Source: the human T2T-CHM13v2.0 reference genome, Homo sapiens
Assembly: GCF_009914755.1 (NCBI RefSeq)
Contig: NC_060931.1
Strand: one strand, 5' to 3'
DNA length: 64,000 nt
The notes below the pieces were generated by a model. It was not told the DNA's origin and did no database searches. It was given only the letters and a program-made list of their open reading frames with translations. Shown one piece after another: positions 1 through 29,855 of the stretch (position 1 is the stretch's first letter; each line of letters opens with the position of its first letter). A program made the position numbers and the translations under genes.

Positions 1-1
1 C

Positions 2-357
<356 letters not shown>

Positions 358-388
358 ATAAAATGGTGAATCCTTCCCGGACGGGGGG

Positions 389-698
389 TTGAGTTTTTCT
401 GGTTTTGTTTTTTGTTTTGAAGACAGGGTCTCGCTCTGTTGCCTAGACCGGAATGTACTGGTGCAGTCATGGCTCACTGCAGCCCCAACCTCCTGTGCTC
501 AAGTGATGTTCCTGCCTTATCCTTCCAAGTATCTGGTACTACAGATTGCATACCACATCTGGCTAGTTTTTGTTTTGTTTCTGTAGAGACAGGGTCTCAC
601 TGTGTTGCCCAGGCTAGTCTTGAACTCCTGGGCTTAATCAGTCCTCCCACCTCAGCCTCCCAAAAAGTTGGGATAGTAGGCATGAGCCACCATGCCTA
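389..698 (-). mobile_element. Alu (old, J-like) nested in Tigger1
   Basis: Diverged antisense Alu dimer with T-rich head on +. Confidence 0.85.
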
Positions 699-1749
699 AC
701 CCCAGGAGGTTTTAAATGGACTTTGCCCAAATCATCAGAGGAATCACTGTGGCAGCTATAGCCTTATGAAATGTATTTCTGAAATAATAAGACTTGAAGT
801 TGAAATTACTCCTTGTTTCATGGGCTGCAAAATGGATGTTGTGTTAGTGGGCATGAAAAAAGCAACATGGATCTCCTTGTACATCTTCACCAGAGCTCTT
901 GGGTGACCAGGTGCATTGTCATTGAGCGGTAATATTTTGAAAGGAATCTTTTTTTCTGAGCAGTAGGCCTCACCCATGTGCTTAAAATATTCAGGAAACC
1001 ATACTGTGAACAGATGTGATATCAGTTAGGCTTTGTTGTTTCATTTATAGAGCATAGGAAGAGTAGATTTAGCATAATTCTTAAGGGCCTTAGGATTTTT
1101 AAAATGGTAAATGAGTATTGGCTTCAACTTAAAGTCAGCAACTGCATTAGCCCCTAACGAGGAGTCAGGCTGTCCGTTGAAGCTTTGAAGCCAGGCATTG
1201 ACTTCTCCTCAATAGCTGCGAAAATCCTAGATTTTCCAATATAAGGCGTTTTCCAATTATAAGGCAGTTTAGTCCACATTGAAAATTCATTGTTTAGTGT
1301 AGCCACCTTCATCAGTGATCTTAGCTAGATTTTCTTGATAACTTGTTGCTTCTCTATCAGTATTTGCTGCTTCACCGTGTACTTTTATGTTATGGAGAGG
1401 GCTTCTTTCCTTAAACCTCACGAACTAACTTCTAGCTTCAAACTTTTCTTCTGTGGCTTCCTTACTTTGCTCAGCCTTCATAGAATGGAAAACAGCTAGG
1501 ACATTGATCTGGATTGGGCTTTGGCCAAAGGGAATGTTGTGGCTGGTTTGATCTTCTGTTCGGACTACTAAAACTGTCTCTGTATCAGCAATAAGACTGT
1601 TTAACTTTCTTACCCTTTGTGTGTTCACTGGAGTAGCATTTTTAATTTCTTTCAAGAATTTTTCTTTTGCATTCATAACTTGGCTGTTTGGCACAAGAGG
1701 CCTAGCTATCGATTGGCCTGTCTTGGTTTTCAACTAAGCTTAATCATTT

Positions 1750-2055
1750 CTTTTTTTTTTTTTTTTTTTTCTTTTTCAGACGGAGTCTCACTTTGTTGCC
1801 CAGGCTAGAGTGCGATGGCGTGATCTTGGCTCACCACAACCTCCATCTCCTGGGTTCAAGTGATTCTCCTGCCTCAGCCTCCTGAGTAGGTGGGGTTATA
1901 GGTGCCCGCCACCGCACCCAGCTAATTTTCTGTTTTTAGTAGAGACGGGGTTTCGCCATGTTGGTCAGGCTGGTCTCGAACTGACCTCAAGTGATTTGCC
2001 CACCTTGGCCACCCAAAGTGCTGGGATTATAGGTGTGAGCCACTGCACCTGGCCT
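1750..2055 (-). mobile_element. Alu nested in Tigger1
   Basis: Poly-T plus Alu body; TSD ctaagcttaatcatttct at about 1734 and 2056. Confidence 0.93.
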
Positions 2056-2315
2056 CTAAGCTTAATCATTTCTAGCTTTTGATTTAAAGTGAGAAACATG
2101 TGACTCTTCCTTTCATTTGGACACTTAAAAGGGTTATTAATTGACCTAATTACAATATTTTTGTGTCTCAAGGAATGAATAGGGAGGCCTGAGGAGAGAG
2201 AGAGAGACAGAGAAACTCTTGTTGGTAGAGTAGTCAGAACACAGACATTGTTAAGTTTGCCATCTTATATGGGCACGGTTTGTGGTACCCCAAAACAGTT
2301 ACAGTAGTAACATTA

Positions 2316-2623
<308 letters not shown>

Positions 2624-3080
2624 TTAAAGATTACTGATCACAGATAACCATAACAGATACCATAATGAAAAGGTTTGAAATATTGTGAGAATTACCAAAA
2701 TGTGCCACAGGGACACAAAGTGAGGATATACTATTAGAAAAATGGCACTGATAGGTATGCTCAATGCAGGGTTGTCACACACCTTTAGTTTGTTTAAAAA
2801 AAATCCACAATGTCTGCAAATCAATAAAGTGCAATAAAGCGAGATACACCTGTATAATGCCAGCTAGGGCTTCTGAATAGTCCGAATAACCACATGCAGA
2901 GGGGTTATTATTTTTACTAAACACAAACCTCTGAGGCATTAGTTGACTATACAGCTTCTTCCAGAATTAGAAGGTTTAAAAGAGAGCATAGGATTACGGG
3001 GGTTCACACTATCCTATAATAAACAGGAAGTAGGTGGAAGTTGTAGTTTTTCTGTATCTTCAGGGCCTTATGCTTGTTAG

Positions 3081-21828
<18,748 letters not shown>

Positions 21829-22174
21829 CAGGACTCTGGGCCCCTCCCCAGCTCCACTCCCTACCTCAAGAATGTGACCATTTGGAAAAGGCAAAGAGAA
21901 AAGGAGCAAAATGAAGCATTCCCCCAGGCTTCAGCCCTGGGCTCTGAGGGGAAAGAGTTGGGCATTGTTTTTCTAACCTAACCTTTCCCTCTGGGGTAGA
22001 GAAGCCGAGAGACCCTGTCCTCCCTTATGCACTGTGGCCCAGTCCCCTTGCCTTTTTCCTGTTCTGTTTGGAGTGGAGAAGGGCAGCACCTCTGTGTTTA
22101 ATGGAAATAGCCCATAGTCTCCTGGATTTTTGGAACATCTTTCTCAGCCTATTTTGTGTCCTAATGATTCGCTC

Positions 22175-22180
22175 AATAAA
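22175..22180 (+). terminator. STAG3: STAG3 polyadenylation signal AATAAA (3' UTR 21829 to about 22200)
   Basis: First canonical AATAAA, about 350 nt after the stop codon, followed by G/T-containing sequence (caaggtgtggcttg). Confidence 0.85.
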
Positions 22181-23479
22181 CATGTTTGAATCCACACGTT
22201 CCCAAGGTGTGGCTTGAGATCGTTAAACTGATGGAGGTCAGGTTCTTGGTCCGCCTTGTCCCATGGCCCAGCATATAGGTGTCCCCACACCCTGCAGGTG
22301 CTTTGTCTACAGGCTCTCCAGGAAGTATTGCTTAGTAACTGAGAGGTGGGGTGAGGCAGTAGAGATGGGGAGAGTTTGACTGCCTGTGAGTAGTTTATCT
22401 AGTGGCCACAGCCTCTGCAGTAGTAAAAGTTGTGCTGACAGGTGGCAGAGTGGAGCAGGACCTTGTGAAGCTACCTGTCTCACCCACGTGAGCCAGGCCA
22501 GGCCATGTGTCCTGGCAGCCTTCACCCACGGGTTCTTTCCAAAGGAAATTTTATCCTCATCCCAAAGATACCTGTCATAATTTGGAATTTGATCAAATCA
22601 CAGTATCTGAGAGTTAAAAGGAAACTAAGGAGTTACTCTAAATGTCCAACCCTAAAATCCAAGTGACAATGTCACCTTCACTCTTGCCTTCTCCAGCTAG
22701 TTCTTCACCAAATTCTGTCAAGACTTGGTGAAGAAAATTCTCTGGCCTATGTCCTCCACACATTGTCACCATCGTCTCTCACCTAGACTGCCACAGTGCA
22801 GCCTCAGGGCCAGCCTCTTGAAACTCAGACAGACTTGTTTGCTCTTGTTTTGCCTTGTGGAGCAGCACAGCACCTCTGTTCTCTCTTGTCCCTCTGACAA
22901 GCAGTATTTGAAGACGGCTGTTGTCATTTTGTACTTTCACTGTTTTCTTCTGTGGTTTAAGGAATGCTTCAGCCTCTCTCTTTAGATAAAATTTCCAGTT
23001 CTTCCCATCATGGGCACCTGCTTTAGTGACAGGTTCTCACTGTGGTCTCCTAGGTCAGATACAGCCATCCAGCTAGTGATGTGTGCAGAAAAAGCCGTGA
23101 CTCCCTGCAATCAGGTCACTCATCCAAGACCACCTCGCCCCTTTCATTCTCCCTCCCCGCCCCCACCTGCCCCTCCCAGATGAAAGCTATAAGAAATTGG
23201 GTTGAGTCTCCTTTTGGAAAGGTAGCCCTCGGGGAGTCAGAGCTGGGGTGTGGGGGAAGGCTAACTCATTGAGCGATCTTTAGCCTGTATTCAGGTAGAA
23301 TAGTTCTGGGGAAAGGAGCCTGTTTTGTGGGATGAGGGAACAGAGTGGGAGAACTGAGGAGAAGATGTGGAGGTCTCTCAAAATCCAGGAGGGGAAAGAT
23401 TCCTGAATTATTTAAATACTAACCAAGCTAAGGGTGCTTCACAAGAGGATAAGAGCAGCTTGGGGGCTTTGCATCAATA

Positions 23480-24061
23480 TGGACACCTGTGTACAGCCAG
23501 GCAGCCCAGTGCACTGGGTTGAGTCACAGCCTTAGAATCTGGGAGCTTGACACCATGCTCTCTAAAGCCTTTGACACTGTTTATTGAGAGGCTGGGTCTA
23601 GGTTGTCTCCTCTTGAATATGGGCTTTGTGATGCTTGACTAATAGAAGATGATAGAAATGATGCCATGCTAGTTAGTGGGCCCAGATTTTAAGGAAACTG
23701 GCAGTTTCCGTTTCCTGTCTCTTCCTGTACCTGGGTTCACACTTGGAACCCGGTCACCATTCTGTGAGCAAGGCCAGCAGCCAAAGGAAAAGGCCACGTG
23801 TAGGTGTTCCTGCCAGCAGTCCTCACCGAGGTCCCAGCCAACATCCATGTTGGCTGCCAGACTCAGTCCAGATGGGAGTCAGATGATTCCAACCTTCCCT
23901 GTTTTTCAGTTTTCCCAGCTGAGGTCCAGGGATCAGGGAGCAGAGACAGCCCATCTTTTCTGTGCACTTTCCAAATTCCTGATCGTGGAGCCCATGAGCA
24001 TAGTAAGATGTAAAGCACTCAGTCTGGAGGGGTTTGTTATGTAGCCATAGCAACCGGAACA
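23480..24061. mobile_element. Old MLT1-type LTR fragment
   Basis: MaLR-like motifs (gaatatgggctttgtgatgcttgactaatagaa; ttgttatgtagccatagcaaccggaaca end). Boundaries are approximate. Confidence 0.55.
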
Positions 24062-24322
24062 GGGCCTTAAGAGTCATAAGACTCCCAACTTTTGGACATT
24101 TATATCAGTTTTTTAAAAAATTGTATAAGTTATATAAACATATACTAATTCTTCTATATTATACACATTTAAAATGTAACAGATGAGTTGACGAAATAAG
24201 TGTTTTAAAATATTTCATTGGTTAACACTGCAAAATGCCTTTTTGCTCTTAAAAAAGGGCTTAGAGCAAAGTGAGAAACATTTTTTAAAATCATGGTTCA
24301 ACATTTTCTGAAGTTCAGTTGA

Positions 24323-24622
<300 letters not shown>

Positions 24623-24935
24623 TTAATGACCTTCATAACTGCCAGGAGTACCTCTCAAAAACAGGCAAATCAAGTGGATTAGGTGCCTCTTTGCAGTTAC
24701 CGCTTTTTAAATAGATCCAAACCCGCTGAAAATCTTCATCTAGAAGACTTGTGAACAGGTCAGAGGATGATTTCCCGGCGCAGACAACAGTGCTCTCATG
24801 AGGACAGGCATTGTCTGGGAGCACAAAACCTGAAGTGTGTGAGCTGCAGTGTGTGGTGATGGGCTGGGGGTTTGCCTCTCTTCCCTCACAATACTGATCG
24901 TATTCCAAGGGAATCATGACTTACAATGTTTTTAT

Positions 24936-24971
24936 CTACACTTGATCTTGGCCAAAAGGCCAAGAAGCGAT
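24936..24971 (-). pseudogene. U2 snRNA 5' fragment (nt 1-36) retrocopy
   Basis: The minus strand reads ATCGCTTCTTGGCCTTTTGGCCAAGATCAAGTGTAG versus U2 ATCGCTTCTCGGCCTTTTGGCTAAGATCAAGTGTAG (2 mismatches), followed by ATAAAAA. Confidence 0.92.
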
Positions 24972-25263
24972 ACTGTCTTTTTGTCTTAAAAGGTTAGAAT
25001 GTTTCTTTATTTCTGCTGCACAACATCTGTGGATACTTTTTTGTGCACGCCCTCACCCTGACAGGCTCAGCTGTGAAGGGTTCATGCCAGCAAGCCCCCT
25101 GCTGGCCGTCCAGGACAGCCCAGGGCTCTGGCTTCTCAGCAGCACCTCCCACTGGCCAGGCCCAGGCCAGGCTGGACGAGCTGAGGCCAGCTTAGGTAGC
25201 AGGCATGGAGGCCTTTGCCCAGCCTGGTAAGTGATGCAGAGCAGTGCTTTTCAGGGGTGGCAC

Positions 25264-26266
25264 TGTAGATGTCCAGCCCTACTAGGTCTGTGGGTTTTTC
25301 TCCTCCTGTGCGGAGATGAGAGATGGTAGAAATGAAGACACAAGACAGAGATAGAAGAAAAGACAGCTGGGCCCGGGGGACCACTACCACCTAGACGCGG
25401 AGACCAGTAGTGGCCCTGAATGCCTGACCGCGCTGCTACTTATGGTATTCAAGGCAAAGGGGGCAGGGTAAGGAGTGCGAGTCATCTCTATCGATAGATA
25501 AGGTCACATGAGTCACGTGTCCACCAGACAGGGGTCTTTACCTTTTAGGTAGCCGAGGTGGAGAGAGAGAGGACAGCTTACATCATTACTACTTCTATGC
25601 TCTTCTCAGAAAGATCAAAGACTAATACTTTCACTAATTCTGCTACTGCCATCTAGAAGGTGGAGCCAGGTGTACAGAGCGGAACATGAAAGTGAAACAG
25701 GAGGGTGACTGCTGAAGCACAGCATCACAGGGAGACGGTTAGGCCTCCGGATGGCTGTGGGCGGGCCTGACTGATGTCAGGCCTTCCACAAGAGGTGGTG
25801 GAGCAGCGTCTTCTCTAACTCCCCCAGGGAAAGGGAGTCTCCCTTTCCCGGTCTGCTAAGTAACAGTTATCTTCCCAGGCACTGGCACCACTGCTAGACC
25901 AAGGTCTGCTAAGTAACGGGTGCCTTCCCAGGCACTGGCATTACCACTAGACCAGGGAGCCCTCTAGTGGCCCTGTCCGGGCATGACAGAGGGTTCACAC
26001 TCCTGCCTTCTGGTCACTTCTCACCATGTCCCTTCAGCTCCTATCTCTGTATGGCCTGGTTTTTCCTAGGTTATAATTGTAGAACAAAGATTATTATAAT
26101 ATTGGAATAGAGTTATGCTATAAACTAATGATTAGTAATATATATAATCATAGCTATAATCTATTTCTAGTATAACTATTCTTATTCTATGTATTTTCTT
26201 TATTATACTGGAACAGCTTGTGCCCTCGGTCTCTTGCCTTGGCAGCTGGGTGGCTTGCCTCCCACA
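25264..26266 (-). mobile_element. Solo LTR13-family (ERVK class) LTR, about 1.0 kb
   Basis: TG...CA termini and a perfect 6-bp TSD TGGCAC (25258-25263 and 26267-26272). The minus strand begins TGTGGGAGGCAAGCCACCCAGCTGCCAAGGCAAGAGACCGAGGGCAC, like LTR13. Confidence 0.88.
25957..25970 (-). promoter_or_regulatory. CTCF core motif within LTR13
   Basis: Minus strand CCACTAGAGGGCTC is a close match to the CTCF core CCASYAGRKGGCRS (one mismatch). Confidence 0.7.
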
Positions 26267-26367
26267 TGGCACTGCTGGGCATTGTCTGTTAATATTGAAT
26301 AATTGTTTTAAGATTATTTTCAATAAGGCTTTACCTTTTTTAACTTGCACTGTGGCCATGAGCTCTG

Positions 26368-26460
26368 CCGGAAGTGACTTGTTGGTGTTATCTCCTCAGT
26401 TATAAAGTGAAGGGATTTTTCTTTTTCAGATTACTGAGAGTCTTCAGTTACTAGGTAAGT
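26368..26460 (+). promoter_or_regulatory. Candidate core promoter or short exon upstream of PVRIG
   Basis: ETS site CCGGAAGTG at 26368-26376, TATAAA at 26401-26406, Inr-like TCAGATT at 26426-26432, and a consensus donor AG|GTAAGT at 26454/26455. Confidence 0.5.
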
Positions 26461-27723
26461 CGCCCCATCCTTATAACTCCAGGTGACACTGACTGGGGTT
26501 TATGGGATGAAAGAGGAGTGTGTGCTTGGATGATGGGGTGTGATAGTGAAGGGGTGAAAGGTTTCTTCTCACACATAGACATCGTGAGGTCTTCCTTGAG
26601 CTCTTTAGAGCCTTCCCTCGGGATAGAATGAAATACTGAGATCCTAGAAAGGATTCACAAAACGTGTCACTCATCAGCGCAGATTCACCGATTCACCCCT
26701 AGATGTGTGTGGGATTTGGATGGCAGAGAGAAACAGGCACTGAAGATTTTTGGTCAGGACAGGGCAGAGAAATAAGAAGAGTTGAAAATTCACCAAAGGA
26801 TAGATAAACCCAGGGCGTTTAGAGAAAACCTGTAGTGTGCAAAGGAGCCCAGAATCCTGGGGAAACTTGGAGGGAAATATACTTAATTTGATTCACTAAG
26901 TTAGGCCCAGTGAAGGGATTGGGTGGCATAGGTAGAAGCCGAAAAATAAAGTATCTTGTATTGCTGGAGTAGCCTCTGTTTCTGAGGTCACATCCAAACT
27001 TAGCGAGGCAGCTTAACCTGGTGAGAGACATGGGTTCAACTCCTGGCTTCTGCACTGCTAGGGCAGAGGACTGCTGTTTGCTGACACAATCTTGGTGCGT
27101 TGGAAGTGAAAGGGAAGAGGCACTGGTGGCTGTGCTTTGGGCCCGAGCAGCCAGAAGCCAGTTGCCATCACCTATGACGAGGAGACAGCGCCTGGGGCAG
27201 AGCCCAGTATGGGGTGCGTTCAGGGTAGATCAGGAGGTATGAGTGGGTAGTGGGCGAGCCAGGCTGGGGGTTGTGGGGGAGGCCTGCATTGCAGGTGTAA
27301 GCGTGGGACCCACATCAGATTGGTAGTGGGTCATGCATGCTGGGCTGGCTCTCAGGTCCTCCCTGCTGGCTTCCCACTCCCAGGGGCTTTCTCCTCCGAT
27401 TCCTTAGCTGGGTGAGGGGCGGGACAGAGCCCTTTCTTAGGGAAGCCCGGCACCCCTTGCTGTCCAGGGAAGGGGAGTCCTTCTAGCCCCTGACAGCTTC
27501 TCTGCCCCTCCCCTGGCCTCCCCAGGCCTAGCCAGGGCTGGGTTCTCACCCACCTGTGCCGCCCTGCCTTGTTACCTGGAAGCACAGCCTTGGGGACTGA
27601 GCAGGCCCTCACTGTCACTTTAAGAAGGGAATCAGCCACTTTGTGCTCACCACCTCTGGGGAAGGTGTGAGAGGAGAGAAGGAAGTGGCTGTTTGGCTGC
27701 TGACAACATGAAGACTTCCTGCG

Positions 27724-29064
27724 ATGAGAACAGAGGCACAGGTGCCGGCCCTGCAGCCCCCAGAACCTGGACTGGAGGGGGCCATGGGGCACCGGACCCT
27801 GGTCCTGCCCTGGGTGCTGCTGACCTTGTGTGTCACTGCGGGTGAGTGCCGGCACCAGAGAGGGGCAGGGGCTGCAGGGAGGGTGATGTAGGACAACAGC
27901 CCACCGACCTTGCTGCTGTTCCACAGGGACCCCGGAGGTGTGGGTTCAAGTTCGGATGGAGGCCACCGAGCTCTCGTCCTTCACCATCCGTTGTGGGTTC
28001 CTGGGGTCTGGCTCCATCTCCCTGGTGACTGTGAGCTGGGGGGGCCCCGACGGTGCTGGGGGGACCACGCTGGCTGTGTTGCACCCAGAACGTGGCATCC
28101 GGCAATGGGCCCCTGCTCGCCAGGCCCGCTGGGAAACCCAGAGCAGCATCTCTCTCATCCTGGAAGGCTCTGGGGCCAGCAGCCCCTGCGCCAACACCAC
28201 CTTCTGCTGCAAGTTTGCGTCCTTCCCTGAGGGCTCCTGGGAGGCCTGTGGGAGCCTCCCGCCCAGCTCAGACCCAGGTGGGGCCGGGGCGAGGGGTCCA
28301 GGAGGGCAGGGAGGGGCTCGGGAACTAGCCACCCATCTGATTCTTGTCTCCGTGCCCAGGGCTCTCTGCCCCGCCGACTCCTGCCCCCATTCTGCGGGCA
28401 GACCTGGCCGGGATCTTGGGGGTCTCAGGAGTCCTCCTCTTTGGCTGTGTCTACCTCCTTCATCTGCTGCGCCGACATAAGCACCGGTGAGACCTGGTCC
28501 CTGTCCACGTCCCCCTGACACTGGGATGGCCACATGCCCTGCAGAGCTCTGACCATCCTTGCTCTCTCCCAGCCCTGCCCCTAGGCTCCAGCCGTCCCGC
28601 ACCAGCCCCCAGGCACCGAGAGCACGAGCATGGGTGAGGAGGGGACCTGCTTTGGGGATGAGGTGACAGGGGCAGGGGCAGGGGGGCCAGGGCTGGGCCC
28701 AAGCTGTGCAGACTCACTTGACCCTCCTTCCCCCGCGCAGGCACCAAGCCAGGCCTCCCAGGCTGCTCTTCACGTCCCTTATGCCACTATCAACACCAGC
28801 TGCCGCCCAGCTACTTTGGACACAGCTCACCCCCATGGGGGGCCGTCCTGGTGGGCGTCACTCCCCACCCACGCTGCACACCGGCCCCAGGGCCCTGCCG
28901 CCTGGGCCTCCACACCCATCCCTGCACGTGGCAGCTTTGTCTCTGTTGAGAATGGACTCTACGCTCAGGCAGGGGAGAGGCCTCCTCACACTGGTCCCGG
29001 CCTCACTCTTTTCCCTGACCCTCGGGGGCCCAGGGCCATGGAAGGACCCTTAGGAGTTCGATGA
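27724..29064 (+). CDS. PVRIG: PVR-related immunoglobulin domain-containing protein (CD112R), inhibitory T/NK receptor
   Basis: Exons 27724-27841, 27927-28277, 28360-28486, 28573-28633, 28741-29064 = 981 nt = 326 aa + stop. A second in-frame ATG at 27784 (gccATGG, strong Kozak) gives 306 aa starting with a signal-peptide-like MGHRTLVLPWVLLTLCVTAG. Other features: single IgV-like domain (TIRC...FCCKF), TM segment LAGILGVSGVLLFGCVYLLHLL, and ITIM-like VPYATI. Confidence 0.97.
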
Positions 29065-29855
29065 GAGAGACCATGAGGCCACTGGGCTTTCCCCCTCCCA
29101 GGCCTCCTGGGTGTCATCCCCTTACTTTAATTCTTGGGCCTCCAATAAGTGTCCCATAGGTGTCTGGCCAGGCCCACCTGCTGCGGATGTGGTCTGTGTG
29201 CGTGTGTGGGCACAGGTGTGAGTGTGTGAGTGACAGTTACCCCATTTCAGTCATTTCCTGCTGCAACTAAGTCAGCAACACAGTTTCTCTGATGTCGGCC
29301 TCGGCTGTGCTTCTTCTTTGGGGGTGAAGAGAGTGGGGAGGCAGTCTCCACCCCTGGGAGGCAGAAGCCAGGTGAGAACCAGAGTGGGTTGGGGCCTCAT
29401 TGCAGGGCTGGGGTTGGCCCAGGGAGAGGGCAGTGTCCCAATCTTAGAGATCTGTCCTGGCTTCTCAGAGTGGCAGGGGTGTTGGGGGAGCTTCCTGAGG
29501 GACACCTGTGGCTGCCTAGATAGGGCTGGGGGATCCCAGTGGGATGGTCTCTGCTCCAATCCCACCATGTTCTAGGACAACAGCAAGGGTTCCTGGGGCT
29601 TTGGCCTGAGAGAAGTCCCTGTGGTTTGACCTGGCTTCCCTCTGCTGGGCTCCCTGCTGTGGCCTGGGCTGGGGTCCTGATGCCCTCCTTCCACAGCTGG
29701 CGTTAGGCAGGGTGTGGAGAGTAGGGGGACTCACCTGAAATCTTCCCTCAATCACTTCCCCCACCTCCTCTCGGGGAAGGCAGAGGCCTTCACAGACATG
29801 GGGGACTCCCCACAAAATGTTCCATCCAGAGCCAACCTTTCTGCTTGGTAGAGCT

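Noticed and set aside
756-2171. Transposase-like ORFs suggesting a TIGD gene
   Set aside because: Fragmented, frameshifted and Alu-interrupted Tigger1 fossil.
24633-24917. 94-aa minus-strand ATG ORF in non-Alu sequence
   Set aside because: No recognisable homology or supporting promoter/polyA signals; the length is within chance expectation.
27352-28747. Long minus-strand ORFs opposite PVRIG (190 aa, 218 aa)
   Set aside because: Shadow ORFs in GC-rich sequence that run across PVRIG introns and have no recognisable domain.
29735-29815. VIEG peptide as a possible CASTOR exon 6 (SLIEGY)
   Set aside because: Only three residues match and the surrounding sequence is unlike CASTOR; at most it is a captured non-homologous exon.
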